In this document: piece after piece, positions 1 to 6,350 of the stretch | How the letters are laid out: each line of letters opens with the position of its first letter | How positions within the stretch are numbered: position 1 is the stretch's first letter | NCBI RefSeq assembly: GCF_006345805.1 | Contig: NW_021827068.1 | Location: 1 to 11,217, forward strand | Direction: 5' to 3' | Source of the DNA: Octopus sinensis | Taxonomy: Eukaryota | Length of the DNA: 11,217 nucleotides | Position numbers and translations under genes: made by a program | The notes under the pieces: generated by a model | The model's database searches: none | Seen by the model: only the letters and a program-made list of their open reading frames with translations | What the model was told of the DNA's origin: nothing

Positions 1-56
1 GGCCATAACAATCAACTTTCTTATACGCGCTCACACATTTGTGCACGCAAAGCTGG

Positions 57-157
57 GGTAAATTACATTGGAGCGAACTGTTTGGGTCGTTCAACTCAGG
101 CTAATCCTGATTGAGCAGACCTTTAAACAAAAGTCTCCCTTGGATCATCCCGTCTTC
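57..157 (+). repeat. Possible fragment of a dispersed octopod repeat (3' part)
   Basis: CAACTCAGGCTAATCCTGATTGAGCAGACC...CATCCCGTCTT resembles a dispersed repeat end I recall from Octopus genomic DNA. There is no second copy in the window, so this rests on recall only. Confidence 0.3.
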
Positions 158-230
158 CTGTCCACCCTTCTCCACCAGGCTTAACGCCTTTCAGCGATTT
201 GCCTTTGAGGTTTTCCTTGTTGCTTCCCAG

Positions 231-305
231 AAGTAAAAGGGACTAGTTTTTCTAGCTTCATGTCAGGAGAAGAGGAACAAATAATAATGGACGAAAGTTA
301 CCCAG
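231..305 (+). CDS. Candidate 75-nt symmetric (phase 1-1) exon, xVKGTSFSSFMSGEEEQIIMDESYP(G), product unknown
   Basis: Acceptor TTTTCCTTGTTGCTTCCCAG (211-230), donor CAG|GTGAAA at 305/306, and the frame is open across the exon. An ATG lies at 260-262. No recognisable homology. Confidence 0.2.
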
Positions 306-375
306 GTGAAACAGATTATAGTAGATAGAATGCCAGCGGTCAATGCAGGGTTGGACGGTGGCGATGGAGGAACGG
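302..375 (-). CDS. Candidate 74-nt exon, xVPPSPPSNPALTAGILSTIICFTW, product unknown
   Basis: On the minus strand: acceptor TTCACATTTTCTATTCAG ending at 376 and donor TGG|GTAACT at 302/301. The peptide resembles either the start of an FN3 domain or a Pro-rich stalk plus hydrophobic segment. It overlaps the plus-strand candidate, so at most one is likely real. Confidence 0.2.
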
Positions 376-637
376 CTGAATAGAAAATGTGAACAATCGG
401 GAAGAGTAGACAGAGTACGCTTGAAAGGTCAAGTGTTGAAAAGGAAAAGAAGAGGGACCTACGAAATGTGCGTGTGTGTGCGTGTGCGTGCGCGCAAACA
501 CACACACATTTACATTCGCTCGTGCACAAACACGAAAATAAAGCGAAAACGAAAAAACAACAACAACTAAGAGTTGGAGAAGTTGAAACGACGACACGTG
601 GGTGCGAATATATTTCGTGTGTGTGTATATAAATTCT

Positions 638-640
<3 letters not shown>

Positions 641-668
<28 letters not shown>
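641..668. repeat. (GT)14 microsatellite
   Basis: Perfect dinucleotide run, read directly. Confidence 0.95.
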
Positions 669-865
669 AGTGCTGTTATACACAAATTCGTAAACAGTCG
701 TTATACATAAATTCGCACACAAGTTCTAACGTGTGTGTGTATATAATGCCGTTACGGAACCGAGAAGACAGTTGAAATGATAATTCAAACGATTGTTTGG
801 TTTAGAGTGTACTAGCTGTTTGCTCACACACACACACACATGATAGATATTATTATCATTTACTA

Positions 866-1005
866 AGCGTTCAAGTGTCGCCCAGGCCAACTTCACTGTT
901 CATCTCTCTGGAGTCGTTAAAATAAAGTACAAGTCCAATATTGTAATCGAGTAATACCTCTGCTCTCAAAATTTCAGACCTAGTGGTTATAATGATAAAG
1001 TTGTT
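866..1005 (+). mobile_element. Degenerate 5'-truncated SINE (same family as 1240-1422)
   Basis: Colinear with 1266-1400: TTCAAGTGTCG / TTCATC..GGAGTCGTTAAAATAAAGTAC / GTAATCG / CAAAATTTCAGACCTAGTG. Confidence 0.7.
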
Positions 1006-1239
1006 CAATATATATGTAAACAACGATCTCCTTAACAAAATGAGATAGATTACACAGATACACAGACACGACATGCTACATTCGTCCAATATACAAATAC
1101 ATTCTTATTTTACTTAGGTGACTTACAATGATTAAACTTAATTACAATTTTATGGTGTATTTAATAGACATAAAACAGCACGCCTTAAAGTGTCTTGGAA
1201 ACATCGGGGGATTCCACACGTGTAGTGTTAATAAAAAAT

Positions 1240-1422
1240 AGCATTTCGGACGTCCTTAACAATGTGAGTTCAAATTCGACCAAAGTCGATTTTGCCTTTC
1301 ATCCTTATGAGGTCTATAAAATAAGTACCATTTGAGGACCGGAATCGATGTAATCGGCTAGTACCTCCTTCCTCCAAAATTTCAGCCCTTGTGCTCAAGG
1401 TAAAAACAAACATTATTATTAT
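1240..1422 (+). mobile_element. tRNA-derived SINE, 5'-eroded
   Basis: B-box-like GAGTTCAAATTC (1266-1277); central GCCTTTCATCCTT..GGTC.ATAAAATAAGTACC box of the kind found in many metazoan SINEs; (ATT)n tail; second copy at 866-1005. Confidence 0.8.
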
Positions 1423-1436
1423 AATTTACTATATAC

Positions 1437-1443
1437 TTATATA

Positions 1444-1488
<45 letters not shown>

Positions 1489-1498
1489 TATATATATA
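1437..1498. repeat. Imperfect (TA)n microsatellite (left flank of fold-back element)
   Basis: Read directly. Confidence 0.95.
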
Positions 1499-1838
1499 AT
1501 GATATTAGGGAGTAAATCCAAAACTTAAAGGGAAAAATTAGATTTAGGATCAAATCAAATTTCACAGTAAATATTAATTAAATTAGAAATAAAACCACTA
1601 TTAGGCAAATCAAAGAGTGAAAAACATAAAAATAAATAAATATAAATATTAAAAATTAAAAGTAAAAAATTTATAAATTTAAAATTAAAAAAATATAAAA
1701 TTTATAAATATAAATTAAAAATATTTAATTTTAAATTTTATATATTTAGTATATTATATTAATTATATTTATTATTATGTTATGGTTTAATGTCTTTCAC
1801 TGTTTGATTTGCCTAATAGTGGTTTTATCTCTAATTTA

Positions 1839-1841
<3 letters not shown>
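1499..1841. mobile_element. AT-rich fold-back element within (TA)n, class uncertain (possibly Penelope-like remnant)
   Basis: Inverted arms at 1576-1627 and 1790-1841 match at 49/52 nt. The spacer is almost pure A/T (A-rich left, T-rich right). (TA)n lies on both sides. Confidence 0.65.

Positions 1842-1871
<30 letters not shown>
1842..1871. repeat. (TA)n microsatellite
   Basis: Read directly. Confidence 0.95.
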
Positions 1872-1875
<4 letters not shown>

Positions 1876-1952
1876 TGGAGAGAGATTAAAAAAAGAACTT
1901 AAAAAACAATAAATATTCTAAAGAGTTTATAATGGGTTTTCTATAGATGAAA

Positions 1953-2024
1953 TTTCAGTTTCAGTCGCCAAATACACTCACAAGGCTTTTAGTCGGTCCG
2001 AGTCTGGTGTCTTCTGCTATAGTC
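1953..2024 (-). mobile_element. SINE body fragment (family of 8878-9264) with an inverted 18-nt end
   Basis: The reverse complement of 1953-2002 matches CTCGGGCCGACCAAAGCCTTGTGAGTGGATTTG..GACGGAAACTGAAA of the 8878 copy. 2007-2024 matches the adjacent SINE segment in the opposite orientation. Confidence 0.75.
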
Positions 2025-2344
2025 TATGAGTGGTATGGCAGATGTGGTGGCGATGGTTCGCCATGCAGCTTTACAATAAGTTCAAAGTCAAAAAATTATA
2101 TCATTGTTTTGAAGCAAAATTGTTCATTGCTTGAAAAATATTGTTCAAGTTTAATGAAATTTAATATGTACCCAATGCATGTTGGGCCCAATGCCTAATG
2201 AAGAGACCTCCAGGACGGCTTTCAAGCTAGTATATATATATAATATATATGTGTGTGTGTGTGTTGGTAAACTACCATGGTGAACCATTCGTTTTATTAT
2301 CCAATATATATATATATATATATAATATTAGTATATGCATGTAT

Positions 2345-2555
2345 TTGTGTCTCTGTTTGACCACCCCCTCTCCAATCGCTGACACCGATGATGGGTGTGT
2401 TTACGTCCCCATAACTTAGCGGTTCGGCAAGAGAACCGATAGGATAAGTACTAGGTTACAAAGAATAAGTCATGGAGTTGATTTGTTTCGACTAAAGGCG
2501 GTGCTCCAGCATGGCCGCAGTCAAATGACTGAAACACGCAAAAAGAATAAAAGAA
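2345..2555 (+). mobile_element. SINE 3' half (family of 8878-9264)
   Basis: GTGTTTACGTCCCCATAACTTAGCGGTTCGGC...AAAGGCGGTGCTCCAGCATGGCCGCAGTCAAATGACTGAAAC is near-identical to about 9115-9245. Confidence 0.9.
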
Positions 2556-2569
2556 TATATATGTATATA

Positions 2570-2632
<63 letters not shown>
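2556..2632. repeat. Imperfect (TA)n microsatellite
   Basis: Read directly; it follows the SINE tail. Confidence 0.95.
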
Positions 2633-2635
<3 letters not shown>

Positions 2636-2817
2636 GATTGCTATGGGCCGGTTTATGGGGTTCCCTGGGTTTCACTCTCATAAAGCTTAGTTTTACAGCC
2701 GTTAAATAACTATCTTTACCTATATATTCTACTTCTCTATAACTTAGAGCGTGCTACCTATTCGGATTTATGATTTACTGACGATATAATATGTGTAGTG
2801 TGTGTGTGTATATATAT

Positions 2818-3021
2818 AATAAGATTCAGTTGAACTAGGTACTTAAATTGAAACACCTTGCTAGGCGGTATAATCCGCACCCCAAACAATATTAAATATT
2901 GAATACCAAGACTCCGTGCCGGTGTGTTTGTACCTGATTATCCTGCTGAGTGTTCATACAACGCAATGGTTTCATTAATCAATTAAAGGAGGCGCTTGAA
3001 ACGGCCGTAATGTTACTCATT
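2818..3021 (+). mobile_element. (TA)n-flanked island, possible Penelope-like relic
   Basis: Bounded by (TG)(TA)n on the left and (TA)n on the right. Carries GAA-ACGGCCGT-A (2998-3009), the 3' half of a minimal hammerhead, but has no intact CTGANGA core. Confidence 0.35.
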
Positions 3022-3053
<32 letters not shown>

Positions 3054-3290
3054 TATATATATATATATACAATGCAGCGTGGAAGGTGTTTATAAGCCAT
3101 TTAAGAAACACACAAAAGCCGTTCGATTCACTTCAACATTTAAGTTTAATTTGTCAAAATATTTTCGTCGCTAAAATCCGCGACCTGTTCACTGACAAAA
3201 ATCCGTGCTGCAATTGTTTTCGTTTCAGCACACGATCTCAGATCAAATTACTTGCTATGCGAGTACATCTCCGTAATATATATATATATA

Positions 3291-3496
3291 TATATAGAAA
3301 ATAGTAAAAAGTGAAAAAAACTACAGAAGGAAGAAATTTGAAAAGCTGAACGCGAAACCGGTCATTTCTTCTAAATTATGTCATTGTAAGAAAAAAATTT
3401 ATAACATTCTTCAGACATATTGACTCAAATATATATTTTTTAACCTTTTAATACAAGCCTTCTGTAGTTTTTTCAGTTTTTACTATTTTCTATATA
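3291..3496 (+). mobile_element. Inverted-repeat-bounded non-autonomous element, probably Penelope-like (PLE)
   Basis: Arms 3291-3330 and 3458-3496 are reverse complements with 1 substitution and 1 indel. The element abuts (TA)n and contains a hammerhead ribozyme fold. Confidence 0.65.
3330..3371 (+). ncRNA. Minimal type I hammerhead ribozyme, U3:A8 core variant
   Basis: Stem I GAAGAAAT (3330-3337) pairs with ATTTCTTC (3364-3371). Core TTGAAAA (3338-3344); stem II GC-TGAAC-GC (3345-3353); GAAA (3354-3357); palindromic stem III ACCGGT (3357-3362); cleavage triplet GTC (3361-3363). Confidence 0.7.
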
Positions 3497-3540
3497 TTCA
3501 ACCACGTGCTTTCACAAACCAACTTTCTAATCTATCTACC

Positions 3541-3574
<34 letters not shown>

Positions 3575-3596
3575 ATTGTTGTTAATAGTCCTGTTT

Positions 3597-3795
3597 CAAA
3601 TGGCGAAAAATTTCAATCTAAGTAAGGCCCTCTAATAAACCATTGAGAAGACAAGATATATTAGGACTCCAGCTACGTCAGAATACCGTGCGTGTGTGCG
3701 CGCGCACAAGGATTTTAAGACATTATCGATCCTTATGAACGCTATTTATGGATGCAATTATTTTATTTTTCACGTGACTTGTTTCTGAGGTAAGA
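3597..3795 (+). promoter_or_regulatory. Candidate promoter / non-coding first exon (plus strand)
   Basis: YY1-like CAAATGGCG (3597-3605), DRE-like TATCGAT (3724-3730), E-box CACGTGAC (3771-3778) and a strong donor GAG|GTAAGA at 3789/3790, all in CpG-retaining unique sequence. Confidence 0.3.
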
Positions 3796-4014
3796 ACTTG
3801 ACATTTTATTAATTCAATTAATTCCACAAATCAACTGGAAAATACCAAGTATCACCGAAAATAACGAAAGTTATTCATTCTAAAGAATTATAATTCTTCA
3901 GTTTATATCTATTTCCACACGCGTCAATTCCATCTTTTTTTTTTTACCTTCACTTCTCAAAACTACAATGGATTATATTAATAAGGGGCCTTCTCCAGTT
4001 CTCATATATTCTCC

Positions 4015-4046
<32 letters not shown>
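4015..4046. repeat. (AAT)n microsatellite
   Basis: About 10 perfect units, read directly. Confidence 0.95.
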
Positions 4047-4051
4047 TCTTC

Positions 4052-4071
4052 AAAACGAGCTAGCTCGTTTT
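4052..4071. other. Perfect 20-bp palindrome AAAACGAGCTAGCTCGTTTT
   Basis: The sequence equals its own reverse complement. Confidence 0.9.
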
Positions 4072-4109
4072 AAGTTTGTGCGTGTAAGCCGGTGGGCAAA
4101 GTAAAATAA

Positions 4110-4210
4110 ACTTACATTAACGAAAGCGAAGGGCGAACAAAAAAAAAAATTAAAAAAACATCGTTAATTTTCGGTTATAATCTGCACCGTGTAAAAATTC
4201 GCCAGCTTCC
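4110..4210 (-). promoter_or_regulatory. Candidate non-coding first exon (minus strand)
   Basis: CpG-dense patch (about 11 CpG in 4051-4210) ending in a minus-strand donor AAT|GTAAGT at 4116/4115. The 5' end is a guess. Confidence 0.25.
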
Positions 4211-4335
4211 TTTATATTTTATTCTCATTGTTTTCATTTTATGCTATTTATTTTCCTATCATTTTACTTTCATTTCACCAACCATAAGGCCCTGTGATTA
4301 AGAAACTAGCTTTGCAACCACGTGGTATAAGTGCA

Positions 4336-4427
4336 GGACAAAAGCCTCCTGGGACAAAAACCCCCTAGGACAAAAGTCCCGTGGACAAAACCCCATAGTT
4401 AAAGTAAGAGTAGAGAAAACCCCATGG
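4336..4427. repeat. Short tandem array of a 15-16 bp GGACAAAA-N-CCC unit
   Basis: Units start at 4336, 4352, 4368 and 4383, with a degenerate fifth at about 4412. Confidence 0.85.
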
Positions 4428-4430
4428 TTA

Positions 4431-5140
4431 TATTTTTCGTCCCCCCCCCCACTATTTATTTCAGTCATTAGACCAGGGGTTCCCAACCTTATCTAGCTTG
4501 TGGAACCCCTGAAAGCTATCTTATCATCTGTGGACCCCATATATGCACATGTAACTTTTTGGAATAAAATATTTGTTTGTAGTTTAGTAAAAACTAACAA
4601 AGAAACAATTTCGTTATATTCATAACATAAATTCCAAATACGAAATCTTGAAAATTTCAATACATACAGGTAACCCTTCTTGTAAACAAAACTTATATAT
4701 GGACCCACAAATTACAATTTTTTAGTCATGGACTCCACGTAATGCTTCTGTGGACCCGTGGGGGCGAGGTCCATGTGGATTCCGGTTGGGAACCCCTGCA
4801 TTAGACTGTGGCTATACTGGGGTACCACCTTGAATTTTTTTCCCTTTTTTTACTTGTTTCAGTCATTAGACTACAGCCAAAGAATTTTTAGGCGAATGTA
4901 TCGACACCAGAATTTTTTTTCCTTTTTCTTGTTGCAGTTATTAGACTGTGACCACGCTGGGGCATCACCTCGAAGGAATTTTAGACTACTGTATGGAATC
5001 CAGAATGTTTTTTAAGCCTGCTCAAAACCACCTCAGTGATATATTTCGTCCCCCCCCCCACCTTTGTACTTGTTAAATCATTAGACTGCGGCCATGCTGG
5101 GGCACCACCTTGATGAATTTTTAGTCGAATGTACCCCAGA
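4431..5140 (-). repeat. Tandem array of four SINE 3'-tail fragments (first interrupted by a hAT MITE)
   Basis: CAGTCATTAGACTG.GGCCATGCTGGGGCACCACC-type units at 4431-4836 (split), 4849-4913, 4925-5021 and 5041-5140 are reverse complements of the SINE tail seen at 2495-2535 and 9210-9250. Confidence 0.85.
4474..4798. mobile_element. Complete 325-bp hAT MITE (Buster/Charlie type)
   Basis: Perfect 15-bp TIRs CAGGGGTTCCCAACC (4474-4488) and GGTTGGGAACCCCTG (4784-4798). 8-bp TSD CATTAGAC (4466-4473 and 4799-4806) with central TA. Repeated subterminal TGGACCC motifs; no transposase. Confidence 0.95.
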
Positions 5141-5584
5141 ATTTCTTTTGGGTGATTTTCAACCAGCATAATGTTGAACCTAGAAGTCTCTCCATATGAA
5201 GTTTTTTTTTTTTATAATTTCACGTAAACAAAAACGGAAATCACGATTGTGAAAAATTTTATTTTCCAAAAGTCTAATTTTTAAGTAAACAAATATATAT
5301 TCAATCGAAAATAAATAAGAAGAATAGAATAACAGAACACAAGACTCTTTACTCCTCAACGTACATATTGTCTGAATTCTAACAAAAGGGAAAACATTCA
5401 CTTAAAGAAATGTATAGAAAGTTAGAAACGATAAGAAGTACATTCGAACGACTAGCTTTCGGCGCCATAATTCTGTTAGACCTTCAACGGCCATTGAAAG
5501 TTCAAAAGGTCAGCTCTTTTTCATTAATCTCTAAATGCAGAGAGAAGAAAACAAAAGACTTTAAATTCAAATTTTAAAATGCTT

Positions 5585-5636
5585 CAAGGCAGTACCCCAG
5601 CATGGCCGCAGTCCAATAGTAAGTAAAAAAAAAAAA
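5585..5636 (+). mobile_element. SINE extreme 3' tail fragment with A-tail
   Basis: AAGGCAGTACCCCAGCATGGCCGCAGTCCAAT followed by a poly-A run. Confidence 0.7.
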
Positions 5637-5638
5637 AC

Positions 5639-5792
5639 GATGATGATGATGATTTGATTGCTAGCTAACTAGCTAGACATCAGTTAAATAACAGAGATAT
5701 AGACAGACATATCTATCTATCTGATAGATATAGATAGATAGACAGACAGACAGACATAATCAGACAGAAAGATGGACGGACAGACAGACAGA
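5639..5792. repeat. Compound (GAT)n / (GATA)n / (GACA)n microsatellite
   Basis: Read directly. Confidence 0.85.
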
Positions 5793-5949
5793 TGTCAAAT
5801 GCATCAGACATTACTATCTTGTGTAATTATCATATTCAATTTTACTTGCAAAAAAAGATCTATTGAACTTATGTTTTGCCATGATAAATAAAACAAGTAT
5901 GATTAATATTCCAGGGTCAGTTCTGTTTTGTTATCTTTCTGGTTTTAGT

Positions 5950-6095
5950 TATTTGACTTCAGCTGTGCTAAGACACTAACTGCTTCAGGGATCATATTAA
6001 CCTAGCACAATACATATTTTATTGAGCTCTAGTTATTGCACTGCTAACCTGTGATACACTGGGGCTTGGAATGAACAGCATCTCCCAGAATTTAG
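5950..6095 (+). repeat. Possible dispersed octopod repeat fragment
   Basis: TTGACTTCAGCTGTGCTAAG...GCTAACCTGTGATACACTGGGGCTTGG resembles a repeat I recall from Octopus DNA. No second copy in the window. Confidence 0.3.
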
Positions 6096-6171
6096 GCCCA
6101 CAAACAGAAATGGGGAGAAACACAGATATATACATACACAATCATACACACAAATAGTGGTAGTGATACCA

Positions 6172-6350
6172 AAAAAAAGCACCCTGTACACACTATTAAG
6201 TGGTCAGTGTTAGGAAGAGTATCTTCTAGAAGCCATGCCAAAGCCAACCTTGGAACATGATGATGCAGTTGTTGGACCCTTTGGATTGTCAGACTGCTGC
6301 CCAATGTATGCCAGCATGAAACATAAATTTTAAATGATGACGGCGATGAT
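6172..6350 (+). mobile_element. Decayed SINE-type 3' fragment with (GAT)n tail
   Basis: Colinear with 10445-10605: GTACAC..TAGGAAG..CATGCCAAA..ATGCCAGCA..TTAAATGAT. Confidence 0.7.

Noticed and set aside
263-685. 140-aa minus-strand ORF and overlapping ORFs 340-597 and 343-570 as whole genes
   Set aside because: Their HT/CV dipeptide runs come from (CA)/(GT) microsatellites. Only short sub-segments are kept as exon candidates.
616-755. Local short duplications (TTCTAACGTGTGTGTGT twice; GTTATACA(C/T)AAATTCG twice)
   Set aside because: Consistent with ordinary slippage around a (GT)n tract; no further structure seen.
2195-2226. CTAATGA-AGAGACC... as a hammerhead core
   Set aside because: The invariant G5 is missing and there is no downstream GAAA or cleavage triplet on the same strand.
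2451-3304. ORFs with YIYI runs (2451-2681, 2483-2683, 2950-3174, 3086-3304)
   Set aside because: They are read-through of (TA)n tracts and SINE tails.
4336-4427. Short regularly spaced repeat as a CRISPR-like array
   Set aside because: The repeats are 8 bp, the spacers are 7-8 bp and similar to each other, the context is eukaryotic, and there are no cas genes.
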